From assembly GCA_036172245.1 (NCBI GenBank), contig JAYWIR010000006.1, positions 3,472,001 to 3,536,000 of the forward strand: DNA of 64,000 nt. The letters are read 5' to 3'. Both the position numbers and the translations under genes were made by a program. The DNA comes from Raillietiella orientalis (lineage: Eukaryota). Below, piece after piece: positions 36,800 to 50,200 of this stretch (position 1 is its first letter; the number at the start of each line of letters is the position of its first letter). The notes below the pieces were generated by a model. The model worked only from the letters and a program-made list of their open reading frames with translations, had not been told where the DNA came from and searched no databases.

Positions 36800-39700
36800 G
36801 TGGCGTCTCCTCGCGATCCTCGTAGGGAGCATCTTCCGCACGGGACCCCGCATGCAGGTTCCTTCTTCTTCTCGACCGCGAGTGCACCGGGCGTTCGTCG
36901 GAATGGCGTTCAGCGAAGACGCTGCTGCTTCCGTTCGAAGGGCAAGAAAGGAGGCGGCCAAGAGAGAAGGGCGCTGGCAAGTCTTCGAGGAGTCCTCCGG
37001 GATCGTATGGAGGAAGGCCGAGACGAGCTGAACGAACGCAACCCTGCCGGGACCTCGACTCTGATGGCAAAGATCTCTCCCTTTCCTCTGAGCAGTGAAC
37101 CTCTTCCCTCCGACCCAAGAGTCTTCCCCCGACGGATTCGTCTGGTATACCACCGCCACCGAACGCCTCCCGTGCCACACAGTGGCAAACCTCCAGGCCC
37201 CGGTCGCATGAGGCAAGAGAGTTCTGCTGTGGCGCAGGAAAAGTCGGCTCCAAAGTCAGCAGGCTCTGTCCCGCGTTTCTCGTCGGTCAAGATCTGTCCC
37301 TCGTTTCGGAGGAGCCATCAAGATGATAGCCGCCTCCGACACTCTCATGCTTGCCCTTTGGTGGGTATTCCTGCATCGGAGAAGGGAGAGGGAGTCTTCT
37401 GTCTCCTGCTTTCTTTTTTTCCTTTTCTCTTTCCAGGAAGTGAACGAAGGCACCTCACCCTCGCGTCCGAGGTCGAGCAAGGTCAACGAAGGGAGGAGAC
37501 AGCGCTTCTTGTAGCTGCCACTGGTGCCCTTACGGAGTCGAATTCCCACCCCGGGGTTCAGTCACCGCAGGTCATCTTGGACACCTTCCTTTTCCCAGGA
37601 TCCCCTTTTGACCGTCCTGTGCCTTTTCGGGAGAAGGCCCCCGTCCCTTTCTAGACCCTGGTTGCTTCTCTCGAGGAGGAAGAGGCTCCATGACCAGGAG
37701 CTCCCTCCTACGCCCTCCTCGAGCCACGAGCCATTCGGCGCTTTCCCCTTCGCCTTCGGATCCCGAGGACCCATGTTCCGCCCTCTCTCCCTACCCATAT
37801 TGCCCCCCCCTTTCCTCCCGTCCTCCTGGCTTCTTTCGCTCGTCTCCCTACCTAACCCACGGGATTCCCTGGCCAGGAAGTAGTCAGGAAAGGGGGATCA
37901 CCGAGAGGCGCGGAGGCTTGACCTCGGACATTTTACCCGGTTTCGCATGACGAGTTGCAGGGGGTGCGGTAGGGAGAGCGGGTTGCTCCGTCCGCACGGA
38001 CGGGATGCGGTCCTCAAGGTCCTGGAAAGCTAGGGAGCCAGTAGGTTCCTTTTTCCCAGCTTCTCAGCTCCCCTAGCAGCGAGTGTCCGGATCTCCCCTG
38101 ACGCGCGAGAACTGGCGGTGGCTGCCGCAACGCGGCGGGAGTTGCCCTGGCAACAGAGGGAAGCGCGCCATGCGGCGCAAGGTCCGAGCCGTTAAGTGCG
38201 AGAGTGGATGGGGACGCAGCCCATCCCCTGGCGCTTCCCCGTACCCCTCCTTCTGGTGGGCATTCTACTGCCCTCCCCTATGCAGGGTTCCCGCCCGCCC
38301 TACCTTTCGCTCCTCAAGTCGGCGTTTCGTATTCGGAATGCCTCGATCAGGTTTTGCAACGACTGGGTCTGCTGCTCGTAGATCGCCGCCAGCTTCTGGG
38401 TGAAGTCTGCAACTGGGGAGAGAGCAGAATAAGGGGGTGGAAGGTCATTCGCTGCTTGCTAATTCCCCCATTCCGCAGCATTTGCCGGGGTTCCTACCGC
38501 GCTCGCACATACTGCAGCAGGGCCTACGCCTCGCGATGAACAGGTCCCCACCGTTGCTATGGACGTTTTCGGCGAAGCAGTGTGGACCCCCCTCCCGCCC
38601 CCCAGCGCACCTCGAAGCTGCTGGTACATGAAATGGGAGGATCAGCGAGATTGCAAGCAGACCGCTGGGGATGCAAAACGCTGCTGGTTGAGGCACTCTT
38701 GATGATGCAGACACGCTGCCGAGGAGAAAAGATGCGAGCAGAACCCTAATCCGCATCGCGAGACCTTCGAGAGAGCTCCCTACGGAGGTGGTCGCCCCTG
38801 TCCTAGCCGTTCGCCTTCCTGGTGGTATCGCCGGACGCGGGCTCTTGAAAGGGGAGCGTAGAGACGAAGCTGCTCCACGGCCAAACGACCACCGGAGCCA
38901 TTCTGGCCGGACGGCTGCGTGCAACCCACCAGTCCGGATTGCACCGGCAGCCTCCCCTCGGAAGGTAAAGCTGCGGGAAAAGGGGGAGACCGTGAGATAA
39001 AGCGCTCTGTGTACCCAGCCTCCACGAAGAGTCGCAAGGAGACCGTTCGCATGCTGCTGCGATCACATCCTCGATCTCCGTGAAAAATTTCCATGTCTCG
39101 TTGATCCCCTCCAGAAACAACTTCCGTGACCTCGCCCCAGACGTCGGTAAAAGTGCAATTTGAAACCTGACATAGCCCATGAATCACCAATTACGTGTGG
39201 GGGGTCTCTCTGCTTCATCAGCTACTACTCGATCCTCTCTTCACAAAGACTATTTGTCGCGCGCTATTAAGGCTCTGCACCGCTTTGCTTTAAGGCCGGC
39301 CGTCGTGGTTTATTGTGGTATTGATGATATTGATCGAGCTTCTCCACGGCTATTCACTGCAGGTTTTCATGACTATTTGTTTCCCTTTTTTAAGGCCATT
39401 CTTTGAGCTTTATTAAGGCTATTCATTGCGCTTCACTAAGACCATTCATCATGCTTTATAGGAGTTTTTTCAAGTGGTCCCTCATTTCGAATTAATTACA
39501 CTCTTTATTATTTCACCGTGTATCTTGTCGCGAGGGATCTATGCGGCCCACTGCTAATCGGAGGTCTCCGCGCCGATAGCGAGACCCCGAGGAACGCAAG
39601 TCGTCACCTGACTCCTTCCGGAACGGAGCGCCGCACTCTGGTGCCGGCAGTGGCGGACGCTGATCGCGGCGCCTGGCACCGGGCCGCAGCGCTCTCGTTC

Positions 39701-42700
39701 TCCCGAGCGAGCGCGAACTTGCCCCGGCGCTGCAGGAGAGCGGTCCGTGCTGCTTCTCCGTCTCCCGCCCGCGAGATCCACGCGTCCTCCTCGGGCTTAC
39801 CGCAAGACGCGCTCCGCGGTTCGGCAGCAGCAGGAGGCGGGCCGGAGAGGGCGGACGGTGGCGACCTGAGCGGAGGCGCAAGACGCTGCTCCGTCACGGA
39901 TACGGAAGACAACTATCTCTGTGGGCACCGCCCTCCGCCGAACGGGGCGCGCCTCGCCGGCTCCGCGAGGGACGCCACCGCCCCCGAGAGGAGTGAGGGA
40001 GAGGTGGACGACGACCCTCGCTGCCGCACAGGAACTCCAAGCGGGCGGACTTCTGGCGGCGCCACTTTTCTCCGGGAGCGCAGGAGACGGGCTGGCTGGA
40101 AGCGGTCGGCTCCCGAAGCTTCCAGGTCAGTCCTCCCGGCATGCTGATCTGCTATGGGAGGTGATGAGTCGTGTCTTGGCAACCGACCGCGCATCCCGGC
40201 AAGGAGCCAGCAGCCTATCGCACCGCCTTCCGCTTCCGACGGTGCCTCCCTCAGGCGCCGTCGAAAGGCTCACCGCGTGGTGTTGAACGGCATAGTTTGA
40301 TCCCGGTCAGGGTGCTCCTCCGTCGGGCGACCCCGCGCGCAGCTGACCCTGAGGGCATGCAAACCGGCTGCAGGCTTTCTTTTTCTTTCTGTCAGAGGTC
40401 AGGTGACTGAGGAATATCGCGCTCGGGACTGCTGGCAACCCGCCTCAAATTTTTGCCAGATGGCTGTCACTCGGTGAGGCTGGTGCCCGCAACGACCGCA
40501 AGGACGCCTCGGACTGCGCCCTGAGCCACGCCGGATGAGAAGACGCCCGCGTCCTCGGACAACCTTCAGGAGGCAATAAAGCTGTCGGCTCCTTGAGGCA
40601 GGTCGGGAAGTCAAGGCGACCTCCCCACCCCGCAGGCAGGCAGTGGTCAGGGAGGCCGGGGGTCTCTTCACCGTTAGCCTTCCCGGAGCTACGGCTCCTG
40701 GCCTGCGCAGTCGTCGAAGAGCAGCCCCTTTCCGCTAGGCGGTCCGTTCCTGGAATCCTCGAGTTCGGGAAAGGGATAGAAGAGGGAGGGAAGGAGAAAG
40801 ACGCTCGCGCCGCGATGCCGGAGGCTGCGGGGGATGGCGAGTCCGTGAGGCGCGCGCGGCCTCCTTCCCTGCTTCCGCCTCCGGCTCTAGGAAATTCTCC
40901 CTGCGGGACTGGGAAGCGAAGATGAGGGGAAGGGAAGCTGCGGATCCTGACTTCTGCCGCCCGGAAAAGGGAATGAGTCCCCCCTTCCCGCGGAGGAGCG
41001 TCCTCCACGCCTCTCTGAGGCAAATCCGAGCGGCTTCCCGCTTCCCGCCGTCTGCGTGACTTCACCCATGCCGGGAAGGCGGGGCCGAGAGTAGAGGTGG
41101 CTTTCCCAGGAAGGGCTGACCCGAAGCCGAGCTTAAGGGTAGGCGAGCTGGGGGAAACCGGAGTCCAGGGGGCCTTGTCCGGAGTCTTAGCAGGCCGCAC
41201 CTGACCACGCTCCAGGGGGTGTTTCCAGCACGGTTCAGAGATTCTCGAGGCGTGGTTTCCCGCCTCTGGAGGAGCAACATCCCCGTTGTCTCCCGCGTGG
41301 ACCTCGGGAACGAGGGGAGAGCGAGGCCACTCCCCTCCAGAGGAGAACTGCTAAGGGACGCCGAGCCCCTCGACAGGTGGGCATGGGCGCGGATTACGAA
41401 AATCTCAACGGGTCGTTCTGCGGGAGGTGGCAGCCCCGCGAGAGGTCCAAGGGAGATGCTGGTGTCTCCCGGACGGACAGTGGCACCGCCTCGAGGAACA
41501 GCTCCGGAAGACGGGAGGACTTGCCGGGAAACGGCATCGGGCCCACCCGCCGGGCGCTTCTCTCGGGGCCTGAGCACCGACAGGAGGACCAGTTCTCCTC
41601 CTCGCCCATCCGCCACGTGCCCCCTGCCGCGCTGGTCCCGGGAGCCACAGCCACGCCCTCCCGGGGGGAAACGACTGGATTCACGCCGTCATCGAAGGTG
41701 GGAGCCGCCTCTTCATCCTGAGGCGCCTTCCCCCGGGAAGTCGGAACTCCGTTCCTCCGGATGCCCGCGATCTCTGAACCGACGACACACCAGGAGATTC
41801 CGGAAGGCGAGTTCCGGACAGCGAAGAGTTGAGCAAAAGTCCGGCAGGGATGCTGGATCAGAGCAGGCTGCATTCGCATCTCAAGGAGGAAGGCGCGTCG
41901 GAGTCTGCAGCCGGTGGCGTTAGCGGAGGCACCGGAGGCGGTCAGCCGGAAGGCATCCCAGGCATCCTGGTGCTCCCTCCTTGGCACAGGTGCGACCCGA
42001 CGAGCCGCCTACCAGCCCAGCAGAGCAGCCCGCCGACACCTGTCATCTGTTGCGATGGGAAAGCTGCGCCGCGCATGGCGTGCTGGCGTGCTGCTTGGAC
42101 ACCCGGCCGGTTCTTCCCCTCCTCACCCACCCCCACCCCATCTCCTCCGGGCAGCGCCGCCAAGCGACCACTCCTTTCTCCCTCTATCGAGGCGTGGCTG
42201 GAATTCCTACCCGCGGAAGACGCCAGTGATCCCAGCATGTGGCGCGCGAAGGTCGAGGAAGCAAACAGAATGCTTGGCGGAGCCTCCACACGCATCTCCC
42301 GCGGGTAGGGGAGCCCCGCCTGATGTGCGCCAGCAGGAGGAACGAGAAATGCCCGCAGGCACGCGCCAGAGTGTAGCTGCGCCGCGCACCCTCCGAGCTG
42401 GCATGCTTCTTGGCCGCCGCCGCAATGAGGCACCACGTCTGTGACTTCCTCTCTCGCCACGGAGACGGCCGTGCAGGAGCAGTTCCACTGCGCGCGCCGC
42501 CACCTCCCGCCAAGGAGGTGGGACCGCGCCCCGCGCGGACTAAGAGGGGCGCGGCTGTAGGAAGAGCCACCTTACTGTCCGGCCGTGCGTCCTGCGGGGC
42601 AGTCTCGGGCAGGACCGAACTTCTCCTCGATCGATGATGGATGACGCTGCGGACGGAACGCTCACTCGCTCGAGCCCGCGCGCTGCATGGTCGCGAACCT

Positions 42701-44260
42701 GCGTGTGTTCCCACCTGCGTTGCCTGGCAACCCTTTTCCCACGGCTCCTAACGGCGCTCAGCGCTTACGTCCCTAGTCCCCATTCCTCTGTAAGCGATCC
42801 TGCCCCTTCAGTATGTACAGCACCAGCAGCGAACCCTCTGTTGTTGGGGAAAGGAGGGCAATTGCCCTTGTGCTAATGGACGCTCGTCCCACCTCGCCCT
42901 GTCGCCATGGGAAGACGAAAATCTCGGCGATGATTCGTCGTCGAGTTCAGTTGGCCACCTGACGGCGGTCCAGCTCGAAGTCCCCTCCCTTAGCCACCCC
43001 GCCGCGGGCATGGGCGGAACGGAAGCCACGGAGGTTCTTCGGCGCGATCGCCCGCCAAGGGCCGGTTTGCTCGGGAAGCCGGTAGGCTGCTTGGAGACAG
43101 CTACCGTACCGAGCAGCACACAGTCTGCGGCAAGGGACCGTTCTGATCCCTCATTGTTGAAATCCCACCCTTGGATATCCCGCCTCCTGCCTCCCTACAA
43201 ACCGGAACTCCTGGAGGGAGGAGGCACGAGAACTCTGGGTGGCCACTGTGGAAGTACTCCCGGAAGAACCGCTTTCGCTACGGATACTTCCGTGTGAGCC
43301 TCTGGGAGGTCTCCCGCAGGACAGGGCGCAGTGGTCTCGGATAGCCGTCTCGCCTCTGACCGCAGCGCTTGTCTGCCCTCATGGCGTTCGACGATAGCAG
43401 CCAACCTGCGGGGTGGGCGTTGTCCTGCACCGTCGCAGGAGTCAAGGAATTCCTTGGCGGCTGCAAGGCGAGCACGTTGGCAGACATCGCCACCCCTCGC
43501 TCTCGGGAGAAGGGGTTCCTTCGGTGGACTGTGACCTGCTCGGTGCGCTCCCCGAAGAACTCGCGGTCCCTACCCTGTGCGCAGGCACTACGGTGCTACC
43601 TCTACGGTGGAAACAGGATGTCCTGCTCTTTCTTCACTGGGAATCCCGGTGCGACCGTCGCAAACGCCTGGTTTCCGGAAAAGTTGCCTCCCCCCCGAGC
43701 TGTTGGACTGCAGTGCGCTGGAGGACATGTGGCAGAGACTCTCTCGGGCACTCCATCGACCGGAGAACCCTCCTCGCCTCGGACTTGCATCAGCGCTTCT
43801 TCACGCAAGGAAGGCTGTCGACGAGCTCTGTGATCGCAACCTTCTGTCTCCATAGTGACAGTCCGTCATTTTTTGATGTCTCGTTCGCAGCGAAGGGAGG
43901 CCACCAGCGTGGCAGCAGCCTTGATGAGGACGGCTGTAAGGTGGCCTCGTCCTGTCAGAAGAATCGCCAGAGAGATCACCTCCATACAGCGCCGGTGTTA
44001 GGAAGCAGGGAACGTGCTATACCAAAGACCCCTGTCCCTACTCCCCCCCCTCGTCTTTTTCTATTCATTTATTGTCCCCTCCCTCCGTTCCCTACTTCCT
44101 TAGGAGCCGGTTTGCGTGTCCCAGCGAACTGACGTCTTTTTCCTGACGTCATGTATTTAAGGCTCGCTGCTCCCCTGATTCGTGGTTTATTCTTTTTTTC
44201 CCGATTTCGCGTCCCGGCGTGACCGGGTACAAACCTTGGGGACAGCCGGCGGGCAGCCGA
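36800..44260 (+). mobile_element. Near full-length but decayed Tx1/L1-like LINE (ORF1, EN, RT, zf-RVT, 3' UTR) with nested insertions at ~39.0-40.4 kb
   Basis: ORF1-like EPLPSDPRVFPRRIRLVY plus a decayed CCHC knuckle (~37100-37230). EN: AAGVAL, WAFYCP, LLGEVCN (38150-38415). RT: VQGALSGVLAGR, GADYENL, VRQGC (41839-41853), MWRAKVEE. C-terminus: ELLDCSALEDMW (~43700-43735). T-rich 3' UTR at ~44050-44260. Confidence 0.65.
39268..39459. repeat. Degenerate 23-bp minisatellite
   Basis: Units start at 39345, 39368, 39391, 39414 and 39437 (consensus about taaggctattcattgcgctttat), with two more at 39268 and 39291. Confidence 0.8.
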
Positions 44261-44899
44261 GCTCGGAAAACGCAGGTCGGGAGCGCACCGTCGCTCCGGA
44301 GCGACCGGATGAAACGCTGCCGAAGTAGGGAGTAGCCTTCGTGAGCTTCTCCTCCTTCCCGCAGCGCGTTCCCCGAGAAACCGAGAGCCCCCTCTCGAGC
44401 GAGAGGGAAAATCGAGGGTGAAATGTGACCTTCGGCGCAATGGGAGCATCCAGGTTTACGGATTTCGATATGTCAGTGCGGCAGGTTCCTCCATCTCACT
44501 TGAAGAATCCCGAACGTCAAACCCTCTGCAGAATTTCAAAAAGTAATGCGCGGCGTCCTTGAATAATAGAATAGGGGAGGAAGAGAGGGGAAACGAAGGC
44601 GCTGGGGGATGCGAAAACCAATCGCTGCCTCTCACGGGTTGATTGGCGCGCAAAGCCGTCGGCGCGCCCCTCCAAGCTTTGCTTCTGAACGCAGATCCCT
44701 ACTACCTCCGGTGATGAACCGCAGGAGTGGTATCCCCCGAGCAAGCTGGGAGGATGAGCACCCCATCACCACTACCACCTCCACACCTTCCTCACCCTGC
44801 AGCCTCCGTTCGTCCCCTTCCTGAGAAGCGACGAGGCTTCGCGCCCTTCGGGAAGAACCGCCTGCTCTTCCGCTCGGGAAGAGGCGTAGTAAGCGAGGC

Positions 44900-47800
44900 G
44901 CCCGTCACTGGCGCTTCCGTTTTTTCTCGCCTCGCTGACGCAGCGTGGCATATGCTGCTGGCCCCACTGAGGTTCCCCCAAAGGATAAGTGCCAAATCCT
45001 CACCTATCGCCGCCGTTGGGATATAAGCCCGATAAGCTGCCACCGGGACACCGGGCGCTCGGCATCGATCCGCGAGGGCGCTCGCCCGCCGCCGAAGAGC
45101 CTCTGTACAGGCTGGGCGCAGAACCGGAGCGCGTGATCCGCGCGTGGGAGCGGCCGCGTCGCTGTGCCCTCGTCCGGCGCGTAGAGCCGTTGATCCTCCC
45201 TTCCCCGTGCGACCCCTGAACCGGCCGACCAAGCTTCCTGCGCGCCCACCCGGCAGACCCGCGAGCGGGAAACTCCAGACGCGCCAGCAGCGACGGAGGG
45301 CGCGTCCGCCCCTGCCCCGTTCTCCCCCAGGCGGAACGCCTCCCCCTTTCCCGGATCCTGCGAAAAGCGGGAAAGCGTGCCGTTTCCTTAGAGACCCGCA
45401 CGCCTGCCCGCGGCGAGGAGGATAGTCGTCCTCAGGCAGGGCCTCCTCAGCCGGAAAGCAGGCGCGCGGGCAATGAGACAAGAGGAACTGGGCTCGGCGG
45501 ACCACGGGACTGACATCCTTTCCTCGGGTGCACCTGCCCGAAGCGGGCAGAGAGCGATGGAATTGGAGAAAGGGTCTGAGGAGGCTGCACCGACCGCTCA
45601 GAGGATGAGGAGAAGAAACAGAGGAGGAGGAAGGGATGATGATGACGATGAAGACGATGGCTACAGTGACGAGGAGGAGGGGAAGGAGAAAGGGAGGAAC
45701 GAAGCAGCGGTTTGCGAGCTCCGGTCCGGTGTCCGATGCGTCCCTTTAATCCTCTGGCTCTTGTCGACCTCCCTTCGGACTGGCTGCCCGGTCTTGCAAG
45801 AGAGGCTGCGCGCACGCACGGATCTCTCGAACGCGCTGGAGCGCGCAATTCACCCGTCCACTGGCGACAGCGGGTCGCGAAGTGATGCTCGTTCGTGCCA
45901 CAGGAAGGCAGCCGGTCGTCCCTAGGAATTCGACCGGCCTCGGGGGAGGGACTCCCGCGCGTGCTACGCGCGCCCCGGGGAGGCATCGGCCGTCGTCGGT
46001 CAGCGAGCAGGGAAGGCGTCGCGGCCGGGTGAGCCGAAAGAGACAGGAAGGTTGCGGCGGAGGCAGGAAGCAGGCGGAACGCCGAGAGGACTAGCGCTTT
46101 CCTCGCTGCCTAGCGACGCGCGCTCGACGTGTTGCGGGCAAAAAAAGACAAAAAAAAGCGAAAGGAGAAACTTTGTTCTTCGGTTTTCCTTCTCAGAGCT
46201 CGTGCGCCCAGGACCGAGATGGCGGACCTTCGTGTGCATCGGCAGAGACGTAGACCTATTTATCATTATTCATGGAGTTTCGAGCGCGAATCCTGGGAGC
46301 CAGGTGCCCTCCTGCGGCCAAGTTCCCAAATGCCTTTCCTTCCCTTGCGCCGAATCGAACTCCATCAATCAGGAGGGTCGCGATTCGTGCTGTCTGCTAC
46401 GGAAACGCAAGCAGAGTCCGGACAAGAAGTTCGGCTCCCCAGGGCACGGAATGTTTCGTCCAGTTTTCACGCGGCCCGGAATCGCTCCTGTCCCGCTCGC
46501 ACAGAGAACCGCAGCTACCTGAGTTTCAAGACCACTTGTTCGCGAAGAGCACGTTTCTCTCTCTCTCTCTCTCTTTCAAGGGATGGGTGGAGGGAATTTC
46601 CGGAACTCGCTCCTGGAAGTTCGCTGGTGTTGGCACGGGTTCCCACGTTCGTGCCCGAGTTGCGTTAGCGAGAGCCCGCGGTGACTTCCGACTGCCGCGC
46701 GCGCACTCTATCCGCCGTTCGCCGAAGCTTTCCCACCTCCAGCGAAACGCTCGCTTTTCTCTTCCTTTTCTCCTCCGTCTTTGAAAGGAGCTCTCCCTGG
46801 TCGACGCACGAACCTCCTGAAGAAACGGACGAGCGAGCAGCACGGACCGCCGTTCGTTTTCTTCAGGAGGCGCTCTTCCGTGAGCCATCTTCGCGATCCG
46901 CCGGGGGAACCCTGCGGGAGTGTTCCGTGAGGGGATGGAACGCCCGCCCTGCGGCCAAAGTGGCTTTCCAGACCGGAAACGACCCGTCTGCTTCTTCAGC
47001 GAAAGTCCCCCCTCCCGGCCGTTTTGCAGGGACGCTATCAAACGCCCATCTTTAATTTCAGACCGCATGCTGTGCATCCTCGCGGGTGTGGAAGTGGCTC
47101 TCGACGCTGCTGGGGCCGACCACATGCAGGGGTCTTTCGCCGGGGAAAGAGCCGGCTCAGCCATGCAGGGACGTCCTGCGGGAGGCCACGTGCTCGATTA
47201 CACGCGTGGTGGAGGGGAACTTTTCCTGCGCTCCGCAACAGCAACAGGGCTGGGCCATTCCAGGAGGGCGCCGAGGCGTCTCACGGGTGGAGGTGGAGAA
47301 GGAGGTTTGCGCCGAGGTGGTCTCGAGGCGCTGGTGCTGGTGGCGCGGTGACACGCGAAATCCCCGCTCTCAGATACCACCAGATAAGGCGAGTTGGGGA
47401 CTTTCGCCCTCTTTCGAGTGTTCACCTGAACTGCAGGCGGAGCCACGGAAAGCCAACATGGGAACAGGAGCGGCAGACGGTGCCTCCTGCTTCCGGAAGG
47501 GGAAGTGAAGCTCTTGGCCCCCTTGCCCCACGTCTCTCGAAGATTCCCATTCTCGACTCCCCATCTGCATCCACGCCACGGACCTCTCAAACGAATCTTG
47601 GAAATCCAGGAGGAATGAGGAAGGGAGGAGGAAGAGGGCGGGGAGAAAGCGAAAGAGGGGGACAGGAGAAAGAGAAAGAGAGGAAGGTGGAAGAAGGGAA
47701 GAAGGGACGAGGAAGGAAGAGGAAGTGGGAGGAGGAGAAAGGGAAAAAGAGGAAGAGAGAAGGAAGACGAGCAAGGGAGGAAGAGGAGGAAAAGGAAGAG

Positions 47801-48700
47801 GAAAGGTGGAGGAGGAAGGGAGGAAGGAAGAAGAAGGGAGGAAGAAGACGAGGTAGGAGGAAGAGGAGGAAGAGAAGGAAGTGAAGAAAGGAAGAGAGGA
47901 AGAGGGAAAGAAGAGGAAGAGAGGAAAACTTGGGAAATCGGAAGCCGTGGGGTAGGCTCGTTTGTTTCGGAGAGGGGGGAGGGGTGCCCCTACTCCTCAC
48001 CGCAGAATCCTCATCCTAAGCCGCTGAAACGCATTCCTTCTGACCCTAGCTAGGAGCATCCGACGGGAACGAATAGTGCAGAGAATCGGGCACTTCCCTT
48101 CCCCAGGGGAATCCCCGACCCTTCTGCTTCTCCCCCCCAGCAGCACTCTTCCGCCGCTCCGACCGAGGACTTGTGGTCGCGGAGGTGTCTGGCGCGCTGC
48201 CCGCATCCCCTGGGGGATCCTGTGGCGCCTTCTGTCTCACGATCAAGCAGGCTGTTTCTGTGTGCGCGGCGAAGACGCACGGGCTCTTCGGACCACCCCG
48301 AGAAGCTCCACTCCTCCGGAGCCGGCTGTACTCTCCGCCCCAGGAGCGCGCGCGCGCCTGGGGCGGAGAGGAGGAATGAACTTGGTCCCGGCGTGGGTCC
48401 GTGCAGGCCGCTCTCCTCGCTTCTGGTTCGGGCCGCCAGGAGAGCACCGCTCGCTCCCCCTCGAAGTCCAACGGCGGCGGGGCATCCGGCGCCAACCTCC
48501 GCGACTGTGGGAGAAGATGGCACTTCCTGGCCCCTGTCTCGCGAAAGGAGGGCAGTGCCTATCCGGGAACCTCGCCGGGGAAAGCGGGCTGCAGGAAGTA
48601 TTCCCGGCATGCACGCATAAATATTTCGCGTCGCGCTTTCCCGTAAGCGCCGGGAACCAAGACAACCGGAAAGCTGGAATGAAAGAGAATCTCGACACAG
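44900..48700 (+). mobile_element. Second decayed Tx1/L1-like LINE (ORF1 knuckle, EN, RT)
   Basis: PLYRLG...VIRAWERPR (knuckle-like), CPVLQE (LQET, ~45790), IKRPSLISDRMLCILA (RP+SL+..D.K+l..+LA, ~47045), LLGPTTCRGLSPGK, VHLN....RQ (~47420-47480) and LSRERRAVPIRE (~48540). Confidence 0.55.
47611..47927 (+). repeat. Almost pure purine (GAA/GAG/GGA) tract of ~320 nt
   Basis: Direct reading. It produces spurious K/R/E/G-rich and F/L/S/P-rich ORFs. Confidence 0.95.
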
Positions 48701-49640
48701 CTGCGATAATTTGATTACGGGAAGGTTCCATTTGTTCTTCCTGGCAGATGCTGCTCCATCAGGATCTCGGAGGCCCGCTGTGTAATTGGAAGGACGGCCG
48801 GCGTTGGCATCAAGTCGCAAAGAGTTGTGGCTCGGAGAGCCACGGGACGGAAAAGCGGAAGGCCTGCGCCGGCACGCGGGAGGCCGGGCGGGGTGGTCGG
48901 CGAGACCATGTGCGAACTCTCCCCGCTCTTCGAACCGCCCCCTCTCTCGGAAGAGAACAAAAGGACGGCCTCTCGGGGCGACGACGGCTCTCCCGGTTCC
49001 CCGCAGCCTCTGAAAGAAGCGTCGTTCCGCACAGCGTTTCGACTCGCGGCATGGCATGTAGCTGTGGGCCCGTCCAAGGTCGCGTCCTTCCTTCTCGGCG
49101 CGCGCCGCATGAGCCTCGTTCTGGACTCTTTTCCGCATCCGCTACCATCTTCTGCAGAGCCTTCCGCCTTCGACCCTCGCTGCTGCCGCGCCCGACGCCA
49201 GCTTCGGGGTCATCCGGAAGCGACCCAAGAGGGCGGCGGGCTCCCTCTGGACTCCTACGCCAACCCGCCCGTCTTCTCCACGCGTTTCGTTGCTTCCACC
49301 CTCCTCCCCCGGTCCGTCCTCGTTTCCGCGTCAGGGGGCCGACCGAAGTACCCCTCCAGCTCCGTTTTGCTCCTCGGGTGAGCGAAGGGGCAGCTTTTCT
49401 TTGAAGCCATCACCGTCTTCGCGTCCTCTCCTTAACCGTCGGCTCTTGTCCTTGTTTCCGAGAATCCCCGAAGCACATCTTCTGTAGGTTGGCACTGCCT
49501 CTTCTTCTCGAACGTGTATGCCCCGAGCGTTTTCTTCGTCGGAGAGGTGTCCCCATGAGAAGGCCCCACGGATGCCTCGGCCATATTGGATGTCGAAGGT
49601 GGACAGTCATGCGACGCTTCACTTTGTTGCCTCGCCTCAC

Positions 49641-49742
49641 TCTTCCTTCCTTCCTTCTCTTCCCTCCTCCCCTTCCTCCTCCTTTCTCCCTTCCTCTTCC
49701 CTTCTTCCTCTCTTCCTTTTCCTCCTCCTCTTCCTCCCTTCC
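49641..49742 (+). repeat. Pure pyrimidine (TTC/CTC) tract of ~100 nt
   Basis: Direct reading. Confidence 0.95.
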
Positions 49743-49899
49743 TGGTCCTCCTGCTTTCCATCAAGTCCTCATTTCGGGGGACCTTGGAGACCAGGTGCTG
49801 TTGGCGTGCTGACGGTAGCTTGCGCGTCCTTCTTCCACAGGGTGTCAGCGCTTGGTTAAGAGAGAGAGAGAAAGAGAGAGAGAAAAAAGCATTGCCGTC

Positions 49900-50200
49900 T
49901 TCTTGTTGTTGAAGAAGATTGGCAATTCCGACGTGGGCTCACCAGCCACTCCTGGCAGCGAGGCCACCGCTCTTGAGCCGATCCCGGGGGGCGTTTGAGC
50001 AGGAGGCAGCAGGGCAACCCTCTTTCTGCCGTCTTCCGCAGTTGGAGACCAGACATCTGCGACAGGGAGGGTGCTCTGAGATGGAAATTTCTTCGAACGG
50101 TCCGGAAGAGTCCCCGGAACCCCGGCGAGGCGACGATTGGCGATCGACAGCAGCAGCGTGGGGAAGGAAACGTTCTTTCCGTGGCGCCACCGGCTGTCCA
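49900..50200 (-). mobile_element. CR1/L2-like LINE RT C-terminal fossil
   Basis: IANRRLAGV.......STLPVADVWSP resembles A.R.Lg++......p.leYa..VWSP. Confidence 0.4.

Noticed and set aside
39268..39459. CRISPR-like array
   Set aside because: The units are contiguous and diverged with no unique spacers, there are no cas genes, and the context is eukaryotic.
48050..49138. Longest ORF (362 aa, minus), plus 60183-61157 (324 aa), 49856-50743 and 47024-47884
   Set aside because: These are R/G/S/P-rich or low-complexity translations with no domain-like pattern. They are expected in GC-rich DNA, and several overlap LINE fossils or simple repeats.
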